64,000 nucleotides of DNA from Octopus vulgaris (taxonomy: Eukaryota), in NCBI GenBank assembly GCA_951406725.2, contig OX597816.1, positions 162,688,001 through 162,752,000 on the forward strand. The letters run 5' to 3'. The position numbers and the translations under genes were made by a program. Numbering within the stretch: position 1 is the stretch's first letter; every line of letters starts with the position of its first letter. Positions 1-13,538 of the stretch are shown here, piece after piece. The notes below the pieces were generated by a model, which saw only the letters and a list, made by a program, of their open reading frames with translations, searched no databases and was not told the origin of the DNA.

Positions 1-360
1 TTTTGTTTTCAATATTTATTTTTGCTTGCAATAGCTGGTTCTTATGGTCAAACTCTCGTATATACAGATGCTTCAGATGCCAAGGTATCAAAAATTGTCA
101 AAGTGTAGTACAACTGTTTAACATTTTACAATAGTGTAGCGAGTCCCACATACGACAGTTTTTCAAAAATATTTCTGACTGAAAATATCATACATGCATG
201 GAGTTACGATTTTATGCACCCAGCAAAGTATTATCGTTAAGATGAAACTGTTGCTAATGTAGAAAAAATTGAATAGTGAAGCTATTTTTACGTTTTCTGA
301 AAAGGCCACCTTTTGGACTTACGATACTTTTGCATAATAGCTACGATATATATATATTGC

Positions 361-785
361 TTCTTTTCAGTCATTGGACAGCAGCTATGTTTAAGACCCG
401 CTTTGAAGAGTTTAGTCGAACAAGTCGTCCCAATACCAGTTTTTTTTAAAATCAACTGTTTATCATATCGGTCGTCTTCGCCGGACCGCTACGTTGTGGT
501 GACGTAAACAACTGAAATGGTGAGGTAATGGATACACAAATACAAGCATGCACATACATATACATAGATATACACATATGTGTGGTATATATATATATAT
601 ATATATATATATACGGGTTGGTCCAAAAGTAGGTTTACAGTTATTCAACAATCTGTTTCACATTCCTATATTAAGCTGTTTAGGCTGTAGAAGAAGACAC
701 TTCCTCAAGTTTCCACGCAGTGGCACTGAACGCGAAACCATGTGGTTGGGAAGCAAACTTCTTATCACAGAGCCACGCCTAAGCC
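361..785 (-). mobile_element. SINE family A copy (decayed), interrupted by a Tc1/mariner TIR fragment in its central TA tract
   Basis: 680-785 is the reverse complement of the family A tRNA-like head; 361-540 is the reverse complement of the tail (tttcagtcattgg..tttagtcgaacaa). Confidence 0.8.
614..677 (+). mobile_element. Tc1/mariner TIR remnant
   Basis: TA followed by CGGGTTGGTCCAAAAGTAGGTTTACAGTTAT; 27/31 identical to the reverse complement of the TIR at 58197-58227 that ends a transposase remnant. Confidence 0.7.
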
Positions 786-794
786 TGGCAGCTA

Positions 795-1070
795 TCTCTA
801 GCAAACCGTTCAACCACATATACGTTTCCTCATTGGCTCTTAAAATCTCCCAAGTTTATTGAAATGGTAATATCGTAGACGGCAACATCCTACAATAGAT
901 AAATAGATTTGCCATTTTCGAGTGCAACTAATTCTTTCGACCAGCGTAGAATCCTGTAGACTTTAGATATGGGAATAGTCCAGACGACATTGGTCTTTCA
1001 TTCCGAAGCCGCTTTACCATTTTCGGATGCAACAGATTGTTCCAAACGATAACAGAGTCTGAAGAGATAT
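795..1070 (-). pseudogene. possible highly decayed mariner transposase C-terminal fragment
   Basis: minus strand gives weak, frameshifted echoes of HPPYSPDLAPSDYH and ...WLNGL; poorly conserved. Confidence 0.25.
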
Positions 1071-1304
1071 TAATCGCGAGACTGATTAATAATTCATAAC
1101 AGATGATGAATGATATTTCATACTACAATATACCTAGATATTAGACAGAGTTATGCGTACATATACTCACATACATATCAACACATATACACAACATACA
1201 CACACACACATACACATACATGCATGCATACTTGCGTACACACACACACACATATACATACATATATTTCCAGTATTCCCAAACACATTCTAAAGATAAA
1301 AATT

Positions 1305-1341
<37 letters not shown>

Positions 1342-1424
1342 TACGCATGCGCACACGAACACGCATACACAGACGTACGAACGCACACACATATATACAT
1401 GCAAATATTATACATATATATATA

Positions 1425-1776
1425 GGCGCAGGAGTGGCTGTGTGGTAAGTAGCTTGATACCAACCACATGGCTCCGAGTTCAGTTCACTGCGTGGCACCT
1501 TGGGCAAGTATCTTCTACTATAGCCTCGAGCAAACCAAAGCCTTGTGAGTGGATTTGGTAGACGGAAACTGAAAGAAGCCTGACGTTTATGTGTGTATGT
1601 TTGTCCCCCCAACATCGCTTGACAACCGATGCTGATGTGTATTATTGTGGCGGAAGCTTTGTTTATTAAATTTTGAATTTGAATAAGTTCTAGGGTCGAT
1701 TTGTTCCACTAAAGGCGGTGCTCCAGCATGGCTGCAGTTAAATTACTGAAACACAGGTATAAAAGAATAAAAGAAT
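1425..1776 (+). mobile_element. SINE family A (tRNA-derived), with a 40-nt foreign patch at 1641-1680
   Basis: GGCGCAGGAGTGGCTGTGTGG (A box) ... GAGTTCAGTTC (B box-like), CCTTGGGCAAGT core, tail GGCGGTGCTCCAGCATGG...(AAAAGAAT)n. Confidence 0.9.
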
Positions 1777-2167
1777 ATATATATATATTATATTCATATG
1801 AGTGTATATATACATATATATATATATAAATAAATTGAGATAGGGTTTGTAAATGCAACCCTCCATGTAATCTATACTTATATTTTTATTTACTTATATT
1901 TATATTTATATTTACTTATATTTATATTTATATTCTCTTTTATATATATTCTACTTATTATACAACATTACTCTTTTATGTACACTTTTTTATGTACATT
2001 CCTTTATGTACACTGATTTGTTCTGCTATTTATATTTAACCCTACAGTCTCTTATGTGGTGGTTTAATAGAGTATGTGATTCAGTATTATCTGGTAATTG
2101 ATATTTGATTTAGATGTATTTCTCCATTTTCTTATCTTGTATATATATATATATAGATGTGTGTATG

Positions 2168-2201
<34 letters not shown>

Positions 2202-3049
2202 TACATATATATAAGTTTTACTTATATATACACATCTATAGATAGATAGATGGGTAAACAGGTGTGTGCACTTTATTTCACATAAAGGCATTGCACCATT
2301 TACCTGTTGAAATATTGTGTACTCTCAGCAATTTTGCGTGAAATATACTGCAAGAGTAAACCTAGTTACTATCGAGACAAATATTCAAGGGTGATCTCGA
2401 ATTTTACTGCAAAAGTGAAAAGACAAGAAGCTCTCCTTGCTAGCGTCTGTTAGAATTTCCGCTGAGGTATTGTAATACAGATTAATATTGACAGATATGT
2501 CGTGCTTGTAATAAAGAGAGGATATTGGATATAGTTTGAAGATATCACACTTAGAGATAATAAGGCAATAATATGACTGAAATTAACTGAGAGATATCCT
2601 ATTATTATGCTGTAGATCAGGACGATGAGCTGAAATAGAAGAAAATAGGAGATAAATTTGCTGAACAATGTAAGATGTTCAAAAAAGCAGAAAGATCATT
2701 CGGACAAAATATAATGGAGGAAGCAGCAAACAAGGAACCAGCTCTTGGACAATGCTTATTCTGAAATATTCTGCTGATGGGTCATGAGTTTTGGTAGAGC
2801 TATTTTGGCGTCCCCCAATTGGCGTCACTGATTCGACGCTGACTTACTTGACATCAGATGTTTTAATCTTTCTCTCGTTCTTTCTCTCCCGTCCTTTCCT
2901 TCTATTTATGCATGTCACCATATTTCCCTATATGCTTTAAAGGAGAGGAAGTGTTTATGTTAACCGTGTTCCGTTGATGAATTGTGACGTTTTTCTCTCC
3001 CTCTCTCCTCATCTTCCTCTTCCTCCTCCCATCTCGAATATAAGCGGCT

Positions 3050-3270
3050 GAAATGGGGCTCCCCCGAAGAATCTCTGAAGGGACGTTTCTCGTCAACATA
3101 GGTAGCTCTGATATCAGGGTGTCTGTCCAGGTCGAGCTGTTACTTCTCTGCATCGAGGCATCACAGCTTCGGTACTCACAGACATGAGATTAAAATGTCG
3201 CAGGAATGAATCGCAAGATGGATTCTTCAGGTTGAGTTGACCGACAGGGGACGTAGTGAAAGACCAATGA
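3050..3270 (-). pseudogene. possible decayed RTE-type LINE C-terminal fragment
   Basis: frameshifted minus-strand pieces resemble QL.WTGH..R..DE.R.P..IL.GE of RTE ORF2. Confidence 0.3.
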
Positions 3271-3294
3271 AAAAATGGTTAAATAATATTCATA

Positions 3295-3454
3295 GGCGCA
3301 GGCGTGGCTGTGTGGTATGTAGCTTGCTTACCAACCACATGGTTCTGGGTTCAGTCCTACTGCGTGGCACCTTCGGCAAGTGTCTTCTACTATAGCCTCA
3401 CCCGACCAAAGCCTTGTGAGTTGATTTGGTAGATGGAGACTGAAAGAAGCTAAT

Positions 3455-3515
<61 letters not shown>

Positions 3516-3719
3516 ATCCCCCGCCACCATCGCTTGACACCAATGTTGGTGCGTTTACGACCCCGTACGTTAGTGATTTGGCAAAAGAGACCGATAATTT
3601 AGGTACTAGGCTTACTAAGAATAAGTCCTGGGGTCAATTTGCTCGACTAAAGGCGGTGCTCCAGCATCGCCACAGTCAAATGACTGAAACAGATAAAATA
3701 ATAAGAGAATAAAAGAATA
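3295..3719 (+). mobile_element. SINE family A, full length with internal (TG)n
   Basis: head, central microsatellite and tail are colinear with the other copies. Confidence 0.92.
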
Positions 3720-4062
3720 ATCTCCTTTGGTCATGATTGGGAATAAAACCAGAAAGTCTGATGGCCGTTGCTTCTGATATGGCATAAAGAAGGAGGTGCA
3801 TGGGGGCTCTCCACCATCACGAAAATCCCAGGAATGCTGAAAGGAGAATAGGGATGGGCGGGTGGGTGGATAGAACCAAGATACCTCCTAGTCGTTATTG
3901 ATGGACTAGAGTAAAATTGCAAGATGTAATAAACTCGTTGATACATTCTATTAAGAAATGTTAAGGAAGGCTTATACATTCAACCAGGACATTCAATAGG
4001 GAAGCTTAGAAAAAACATTATAAAGGAAAGGAGAGTAAGAAGACAGGAATGAAAATGAGTTT

Positions 4063-4338
<276 letters not shown>

Positions 4339-4383
4339 TTATGTATAAACGTGAGTATGTATGTAGATATATATATGTGTGTA

Positions 4384-4428
<45 letters not shown>

Positions 4429-4668
4429 TTATATATATATATATATATGTATATGTATATGTGTGTGTGAGCGCGTACGCACCAAGGACTCTCCGTCGTC
4501 TAACGACGGATCAAGGATCTGTAATTTCTTTCTAATCGACCACACAGAGGATTTGTTTATCGTGATCAAATGTTTGTGTTGCACATACGCTCTCTGCCTT
4601 CATCACGTCAGCATTAAATGTACAAATGCAAAAGTGAGCCACAAACCAGATACCGAAATGATCGCACA

Positions 4669-4715
<47 letters not shown>

Positions 4716-5263
4716 CTATCTACCTATTAGGCAATTTGCTTGTTCGTTTGTCCATTACAAACTAGTTAGAGGGGTGGAGGTGGAATTAGTTAGAGGTGGG
4801 GGTGGAGTGAGTGAGAGAGAGAGGGAAGAAAGAAGAGAAGAAGTAGAGAAAGGCGATTAATATTAATACACTTAGGCCGAATGGTTATGTGGCCAGCTAA
4901 AGGTAGATGTTAAGAACTAGAGAAAAAGACGACGAGAAAAAGAGGGAGAGAAAAAGAGGGAGAAAGAAGTGTTGTTAACGACGTGCAGTGGGGTGGTGAA
5001 GGAATACTTATTACGTGGTTTAAAATTTTGCTGAAGGGAAAGGTAGATAGAGAGAGATGGACAGGTGAGGCAGTTATATTGAGAGAGGAGGGCAGATTGC
5101 GACGGTGGTGGTGGTAGTGGTGGCGGTGGTGGTGTGTTGATAGTGAAAAGTATTTTTTCCTTGAACTAATTTTTTTTATAGCAACCATGGATAGATAGAT
5201 GGATGGATGGATGGTTGGATGCATGGATGGATGGATGAACGGACGGATAAATAGACAAAGGAT

Positions 5264-5336
<73 letters not shown>

Positions 5337-5475
5337 GAAACCGGTAAACGGTTAGATGGATAAATGGATAGATGGATACGGGAAATGGGTATATATATAT
5401 ATATGTGTGTATATGTATATATGGATATATGGATATATTTGTGTGTATACACACATATATGCACATGAACATAAT

Positions 5476-5515
<40 letters not shown>

Positions 5516-5605
5516 ATATATGCATACATGCATATGCGTGTATATATGTCTATATGTATGTGCGTGTGTGAGTATGTATGTATGATTGGGTGACTATGTA
5601 TGTAC

Positions 5606-5658
<53 letters not shown>

Positions 5659-6003
5659 TGTGTGAATGTGTAAAGAGACGCCAAAAGAAAATTAGTGGAA
5701 ATTGGGAACCAATTGCGGTTTATTAACTTTAATAAACGCACAGCTAATAAATTACTTTATGATAATATATCTAAATATATACACGCTAATAATATTCCTG
5801 TGATTAAACATGCAGCAACTGGAATTACATATTATATTCTTGCTCCCCGTCTTCCTTATATTTGCATGTCCAAGTAATTACCTTTCGAGAAATAATTGCT
5901 AAGAAACTTAAACACACAAACACATACATATACATGTAGATGACATACACACGCATATATATACACATATAAATGCATATGTATATTTACATACATACAT
6001 ATG

Positions 6004-6089
<86 letters not shown>

Positions 6090-6534
6090 CATACACATAT
6101 ATATATATGATAATATACTCATACATACATACCTACCTACATACATACCATCAAACATCCAAATGCTTCCAGAGAATGTACTTATAATCACGTTTGTTTA
6201 TGCGGGAGATGACTGCATACTTATGTACGTATATATACACCTAGATACACTTAAATACATACACACACACTTACAAGCTAACACACATTATGAATGCGTG
6301 ATGCATGTATGCATGTACATATAAATATATATATGTGTGTGTGTGTATGTATATATATATGTATATATATAAGCAAAAACTTTAGATTTATATGAATATG
6401 GTACTTAAGTTGAGGCGCACCAGAATTTACTACGATATTATCCATACAACTTCAAAATAAGGTGATCAAAATCAAAATAAGCAGCAAGGATATCCTTGTT
6501 GTTTATTTTGATATATAGATATATAGATATATAA

Positions 6535-7524
6535 ATACTGCTGCCAGTATCAACAGAGTATGAAGCGAAGGGTACACAAGTGATCGCAGAGTACGAAGGT
6601 GGTTTCAGAAATTCAGTAGTGGTGACGAGAGCCTTGAAGTTGAAGAAGGTAGAGGACGGTCATGCAGTCTTCGCAATGAACAATTGTAAGCAGTTGTTGA
6701 ACAAAACTCACGTCAAAGTGTCAGAGAAACGTCTCAGGCACTTTTTGTCGGTATTGCAACGGTCTAACGCAATTTGCAGAAGATTGGTAAGGTGAAAAAG
6801 TTCGATAAATGGGTACCACATGAGCTCAAAGAAAGTCAAAAAATTCGGCGTTGGAAGTGTGCTCGATGCTCTTTCTGCGAAACGCCAATGATCGTTTTCC
6901 TGATCGAATAGTCACTTGTTACGAAAAGTGGATCCTTTATGATAACGGTAAACGATCAGGTCAATGGCTTGATCGTAATGAGTACCCCAAATATTTCCCA
7001 AAGCCAAAGCCAAAGTTGCATCAGCAAAATATTATAGTGACTGTCTGGTGGTCTGCAATTGGTGTTGTCCATTACATCTTTCTGGAAGCCAGAGGTTTAC
7101 TGCAATCAACTCGCTGAAATGCATGCTCACTTGCAAAAACTGGAACCTGCGTTGACCCAGTTCTGCTCCACGATAACGCAAGCCACATGTTGCAAGAATT
7201 ACGCTGCAGAAACTCACAGTCCTGGAATACAAAACTTTACCACATCCTCCATATTCTCCTGATCTTTCACCCAATGACTACCATTATTAAAAGCATTTAA
7301 ACACTTTTTTAAGTGATAAAACTTTCAGGTCCAAACCAGAGGTGGAATTTACTTTCAAAGATTTCTTAGCATCAAAGCCAATAAGTTTTTTTATCAACGA
7401 GGCATAAATAATCTCATTGATCGATAGCAGAGATGCATAGATGTCCACGGCTCATACATTGACTAATCAAAACATTTCTATTGTTAGCTTTTCCAGAATA
7501 ACATTACGTTTCTGAAATCGGAAC
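6535..7524 (+). pseudogene. mariner (DD34D, Hsmar1/cecropia-like) transposase pseudogene, 5' truncated
   Basis: RRWFQKF.SGD; WVPHEL at 6810-6827; IVTCYEKWILYDN; LLHDNA; HPPYSPDLSPNDYH (YSPDL at 7252-7266); ends GSYID* at 7466; several stops, frameshifts and deletions. Confidence 0.95.
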
Positions 7525-7535
7525 AACATAATCAT

Positions 7536-7700
7536 TAGAAGATCTTGCATGGGATGGCATCAAACTTTGCATCGGGAGCTATACCAGCCTCAAACTGGAC
7601 TTCACTAAACTGTTCCAAAGATCCCAACTATCCCGTCTAGAGCTAGGACCTTGTACTGTAATAGCCTAGAGTTCACGGGCCCACCTTTATCTAACACTGA
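7536..7700 (+). mobile_element. decayed CR1/L2-group LINE C-terminal fragment
   Basis: VPKIPTIPSRARTLYCNSLEFTGP aligns with VPKIPTSPSKYRSRYCNSLGFRGP of the LINE at 40470-40545. Confidence 0.75.
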
Positions 7701-8556
7701 CAAAACATCTGATATACGTGCATTTGTGGTGAAACAACTTGACCTCCTGCCGTTCGAGTTCCCTGATAAAGCAACATCACGGCAAGAAACTCAAAAGATA
7801 GTAGCAATATCGAAACTCCTTTTTTCACCAAAAGGCAATCACAGAAGAATGGCCATTGAAAAGGTTATAGAACAGATAGAGCCATGGCATAGCGACATCC
7901 TTTGGGCTGAAACGCATAAAATAATTAAAGAATAAGTCTGTATCTCCAAGAGTGAGCTGAAGCTAAGCAACAGAAACACCAACAGTACCCATTCCAAGAA
8001 ATTTTAGAACCCGAAATTATTCATCTGCGAAAGGTAGGCAGCCATGTAACAGAAAAAGTATATTTATTCTAAACATCGATGTAACTAATAGAATTTCAAA
8101 AAAGTATATATATTATTGTGTCGGAAGCTTTGTTTATTAAATTTTGAATGTGAATAAATTTAAATTCTATCTATTTTTTAAACCGGAATTGAATATATTG
8201 TTTTATTTCTTCAACGCAAACGGAAATTTTTTTCATAAACAAAAATTATTAATCGTGTTTCCATTTTTCCTTCGTTTATCAGATTTTCGCATTTAAACAC
8301 ACACACACACACACACATACACACACACACACATACACACATACACATACACATAAGCACACATACGTACATATACATATATATGTGTACTTATATATAC
8401 AGCTGTATATGTACATGTTCCTTTTTATATACTTACATACATATTCATAATGTGTATGCGAGTGTGTGTATGTGCACATACATACATGTATACATATATG
8501 TATATGTATGCATATATATATTTATATATGTATACGCATTTGTGCGTATCTATACA

Positions 8557-8589
<33 letters not shown>

Positions 8590-8819
8590 GTATGTTTGTA
8601 CATGCAAAAAGAGAGGACGCATTTTTCTCTAAGACAAAGAATTTGATTTTAGAAAGCTTTTACAGCTCTTTCTAATTTAGGTTCTACGTCACGTGATAGA
8701 ACTCGGATAAATTTCGATTTGTCGATCGAATATTTATCTTAACGAAAAAATCCATTGAAATCCGTGCAAGTAGAGTCAGTAGATCCTGTTGTTCGTCTAT
8801 CGACACGTGTCTATAGATA

Positions 8820-10430
8820 CAACAACGATAGCAAATTTGTCAACAACAGCAACAATACCAACCAAAACAATGGCAACAACAACAACAGAAACAGTAGCAG
8901 AAGATGCAGCAGCAACAACAACAGTTTCGCAGCGGCAGCAGCCAAAATCAAATCAGCCTAGTCCTCACAAACACAGATGAAAAGTTGGTCCAAGCATCGA
9001 AGCTCATAAATACACAAGCAAACCTGGGCCAACTTAACTGTCCCGGTGGATACCATCGAAGAAGTGGGGAGATGAACGGTGCAAAAGTGCCACATTGTTT
9101 CGTTTGTGGAGAAACAACCCCCATTTGTGAATTTTCTGCCCTCAACTGATAAAAGGTGCAATGGATCGAAGGTCTCCACTGCTTCCTACGCTGAGAGAGG
9201 ACCACAACCAACAAAACACCACCAAAGACATTGACCACCCTAGGGGGAAACGATGAAAGCTCTCCGACTCCCCCCAAAATACACGCATGAACTAAAAGAA
9301 TAAACATACACATAGACACAGACCCCCTTATCTTCCAGTAGTGAAGATGAAAAAATACCAAACGGCTCCCCCCCCCCCGCAAAAAATACAATAAAAACAA
9401 AGCAAAAGAAAAACTCTACAAAACATAACACCCACAATAAAAAATACAGACACCATCCACGTAAACATCACCTGAATAACACCAACGACAACACAACCAA
9501 CATCATCACCAAATCCGCCAAACGCAAACAACCTAAAAAGACGCAAGAACAGACACTCCGACAAATATCTGAAACTGCAGATACCACACTCACAGCAAAC
9601 ACACACACAACCGAAACAACACCAACAAACCCATCACCATCACAGACCAGCAAACAAATAAAACTGTACCAGCAAAAAAAAACGCTCAACTTCGTACTTA
9701 ACAGAAGGACCAGTCTGTTCCGACAGACTTTCGAGCCGGAGACGATGGACAACTTCCAGAAATCCCTCGCTTAGCTGTGTTATCAGGGTGAAACTGCCCG
9801 CTGGAGATAAATTCTATAGGCACCGAAATGCTGTCAAACGGACCTGCTCGAGATGCGCAAGGAGCGACGAAACCGTTCGGCACGCACTCGTCCAGCGTCT
9901 GTCCATGCATTACTGGCTTGTGGAGTTATGTCGAACAGCTGTTGTCGCGTGTAGGACGGATCCGGCTATCAGCCGATTTCATAATGAAGATCGACCTGCC
10001 GCTTTCCTTTTGCCAGGTAGGGCAGGCAATTTTCCTCTGTTTGGTAGCAGTAGGGAAAAATGGACCCGGTTGAAAAGACTGAAGACACACACTTTTCTCT
10101 TCGGCCAGTCTCTCATCAACTTTTTCAGATTTCACTTGGAAAGCAAGATGATGGTGTAGAGGTAAGTGAAGCTCCCCAGTACATTTGCTGAAAGGTGGGT
10201 GAATGTAGAGAAAATGGCCCCTGTGAGTGGACCTACTCTAATAATGCGCCTTTAGGCTGGTAAATTTGAGGGGGAAAAGGGTACCTTTCCTGAGTACCCT
10301 CGAAGCGTCGGGTGGTTCAGGATTGGTGAGTATCTGAGCCAACCCTGGGTGCTTAGCCTCCACTATTGAGGAATTTTCAACGTTATATTTTTCTTGTTTA
10401 ATGTGTATTGTTATTGTGCACAAAGGGGAA
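8820..10430 (+). mobile_element. Tx1/L1-clade LINE remnant with endonuclease and RT deleted
   Basis: ORF1-like low-complexity region with a frameshifted zinc knuckle CFVCGE..H....CP at 9096-9142; from ~9705 the ORF2 C-terminus MDNFQKSLA..LP..DKFYRH..CSRCARSDETVRHALVQ (CCHC zf-RVT-type); then a 3' UTR. Confidence 0.8.
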
Positions 10431-10461
10431 ACACACTCACACACATACACACACACATACA

Positions 10462-10660
10462 CAGTTATACTAATGTTTGTTTTTACAAACAATTTTACAT
10501 TAACCTAATGTGTTACTCTATACTTTTGTAGAGAACAAATTTATTATTCTTAAGCAAAAATATTGTTGACAGTGACTTCGAAGTTCTGAGAATCTGACGA
10601 TGCACTTAAGTGGCCAACACTTCGAAGTCGCTGTCAACTATATTCTTGTTTAAGAATAAT
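10462..10660. mobile_element. foldback/MITE family with inverted GACTTCGAAG arms (copy 1)
   Basis: 42-bp inverted arms 10543-10584 and 10619-10660; related copies at 35699, 38521 and 43290. Confidence 0.7.
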
Positions 10661-10670
10661 ATATATATGA

Positions 10671-10765
<95 letters not shown>

Positions 10766-10819
10766 TATTTGTATGTTTGTGTGCGTGTATATATATATAT
10801 ATATATACAAAAAAAAATT

Positions 10820-11210
10820 ATAATTACATGCATAATTATAACAAGGGATTGGCTCTATGACCCACCACGCACTGTAAAAATAGACGCCAAAAGACACTAT
10901 TACCACCTTAAATCTCCGAGAATAACACCGCATTTTAGGCTTGCAAATGAAAGAAAATGAATCTAAAATTTTGGTTAACAAAGATCCTGTTTCAAGCTTA
11001 AAGTCAAAATTATCCTTTTTCTTTTTATTTTAAGCTTGAAAAAGGATCTTGTACGCGGTTGCCTAAAGTTTTTATCTTTTGCTAGCCTGAAAGGTAGTGT
11101 GTTATTTTTCGAGATTTTAAGATGGTAATAGTGTCTTTTGGTGTCTATTATTACAGTGCGTCGTGAGGCATAGAGCCAATCCCTTGCAATAATTATGTAT
11201 ATATAATTAT
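10820..11210. mobile_element. ~390-bp foldback element (MITE-like imperfect palindrome)
   Basis: outer arms caagggattggctctatga...aaaagacactattacca / tggtaatagtgtctttt...catagagccaatcccttg; inner hairpin 10978-11052. Confidence 0.85.
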
Positions 11211-11297
11211 GTATATAATTTGTAAAATTTACCCATGAGGTTTTTATTTCCCCGCTGACCACCTGGTAAAACCATTAATGATGTTTACCCTTTATTA

Positions 11298-11351
<54 letters not shown>

Positions 11352-11614
11352 GCATCTATGTATATGTGTATCTACCTATACATATATATACATACATACT
11401 CATAAATATATATGCATATATATACTGCACTTAGATATATTCACAAGCTCATACACACACATGCGTATCAATATATCTATCTATCTATCTATCTATCTAT
11501 ATATATATATATATATATACATAGATAGATACGCACGTGTGTGAGTTTGTCTGTATGTATATATGATGTATACACGAATATATCTATGTATATGCATGTA
11601 TATTTGTGTGTGTC

Positions 11615-11681
<67 letters not shown>

Positions 11682-11956
11682 GCGTGCGTGTGTGTGTGTT
11701 ATTTGATTTATGTCGTACACTAATTGCCAATTGTACAGAGTCTGGTGATTTATTCCTGTTTCATATCTAGCAGTTGTAAGCTTGCAATAGACTGACTGGT
11801 CGAAGTTGTGTGGTTCTGACTGCACATCCAAGTTGAATTAGACCAGACTACATAGAAATTTCAATTACTCGCTTGTCATACTCATATGTTCTCTGTAGGA
11901 GTTATAACTTCAAAATTACTTTAAAGCAATGCTAAACCTCTACGTCATATATATGC

Positions 11957-12073
<117 letters not shown>

Positions 12074-12181
12074 CATGCTTACATATATATGTGTGCATGT
12101 ATACGTATGCGTGCATGAGATAAACGTTTGTCTAATGGTATGTGTGTACATAGATACATGCACACACAAACACACACAGTA

Positions 12182-12224
<43 letters not shown>

Positions 12225-12616
12225 CGTGTGTGTGTGTGTGTGTGTGTGCATATATGCACGTATGTATGTATGTATACGTACACAGACATTCACATACACA
12301 ATGTATAGAATGTGCGTAAATGGGTTTGAATGCAAATGTGTAAGCATACATATGTGTTTGTGTGTGTACATGTATGTATGTTTATGCGTATAGATGTGTA
12401 TATATACGTATATGTGTGTGTTTCTGTGTTCAGTTTTCGGAGGAGAGCAGCCATGTTGGAACATCCCCTTTGAGTGTTGAGTACGTTGATTGATTCTATC
12501 GATCAATACTCTGTTTAGTATTCATTTTCCGATCTATATTTTCTGAATAGATAGCTGCAGCGTGGCATAAAATGACGTAAACACATGTAGAACTTGTGTG
12601 TAACCTTAGGATATTG

Positions 12617-12719
12617 GAGCACTCCGTCGGTTGCGACGACGAGGGTCCCAGCGGATACGATCAACGGAACAGCTTGCTCGTGAAATTAACATGCAAGTGG
12701 CTGACCACTCCACAAACAC
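12617..12719 (-). mobile_element. SINE family C, tail type 1 fragment
   Basis: matches 50138-50240. Confidence 0.85.
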
Positions 12720-12756
12720 AAGCTAAAATTCATCTACATAGATGAATTTTAGCTTG
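12719..12756. repeat. perfect hairpin, 18-bp arms with 2-nt loop
   Basis: caagctaaaattcatcta-ca-tagatgaattttagcttg. Confidence 0.95.
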
Positions 12757-13175
12757 CGTGCGAGACGGTTTGCGTGAATATATGTACACATGCTTTTATG
12801 TGTATATTTAGATTCATATTCATACGTCTGTATATGTATGTATGGCGTTTACGCGCATCCTTTTGTGTATGTTGATATATATATGTAGATTTTAATATAA
12901 ATATGTATTGCAGTATTTATAACAGGTTTAATTTCTATGCATTAATTTGCACTGTCTTCATTAACGGCAATAGGTTTTTTCCTCGGTTTTTTCCTCGGAT
13001 TTTATAATTTTTATAAGTTTTTTTATATATATATACATATATTTTTGACCTTTTTGTTTATCGCTCGAAGATTGACCGTTTTTTCTAAAGGGCCAATCAA
13101 ACAAGTCCATTTCTTTTTAAAGGTGTAGCGTTTGTAAGAGTATAGATTGAATTAATATATAAGTTCCATTCTAGC

Positions 13176-13223
13176 AAAAACTGTCTGATGAACGGCAACG
13201 AGAAACTCAGAGTAACAAATTTT
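13176..13223 (+). ncRNA. minimal type I hammerhead ribozyme motif (PLE-associated)
   Basis: aaaactgt-CTGATGA-acggcaacga-GAAA-ctcagag-TA-acaaatttt; near-palindromic stem III. Confidence 0.65.
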
Positions 13224-13250
13224 GTTGAATTTTCTGCTGCTTAAAATAAA

Positions 13251-13289
<39 letters not shown>

Positions 13290-13362
13290 CATATATATAT
13301 ATATATATATTTATATATAAACATTGGCTGATTGTTTCTCTGAATGTTGGTCAAATTGATGC

Positions 13363-13418
13363 GGCCACCTCTGAAGAGGAAGAATCCAGTAAGGTCCGAA
13401 AATCGATTAAGGCTGGTC
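13363..13418 (+). ncRNA. minimal type I hammerhead ribozyme motif
   Basis: ggccacct-CTGAAGA-gga...tcc-GAAA-atcgat-TA-aggctggtc; stems I and II pair; stem III is the palindrome ATCGAT. Confidence 0.8.
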
Positions 13419-13538
13419 ATCAATTTTCATAATCAACGGGGAAATAATTAAATTTGCAAATTTGCCTTCTTTTTGTCTCTACTACATAGGTTTACATACA
13501 TATGCGCGCGCACACCTACGTACATACATATGTATGTA

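Noticed and set aside
1425-1500. SINE heads as tRNA genes
   Set aside because: A and B boxes are present, but the copies are diverged and all run into SINE bodies; no clean cloverleaf with terminator
2440-2770. Purine-rich coding-like stretch
   Set aside because: No long plus-strand ORF in the track and no recognisable motif
8741-8786. Segment shared with 62232-62277 as the Tx1 5' UTR
   Set aside because: The second copy has no Tx1 sequence after it and adjoins a hammerhead-bearing PLE remnant, so it is more likely a separate repeat
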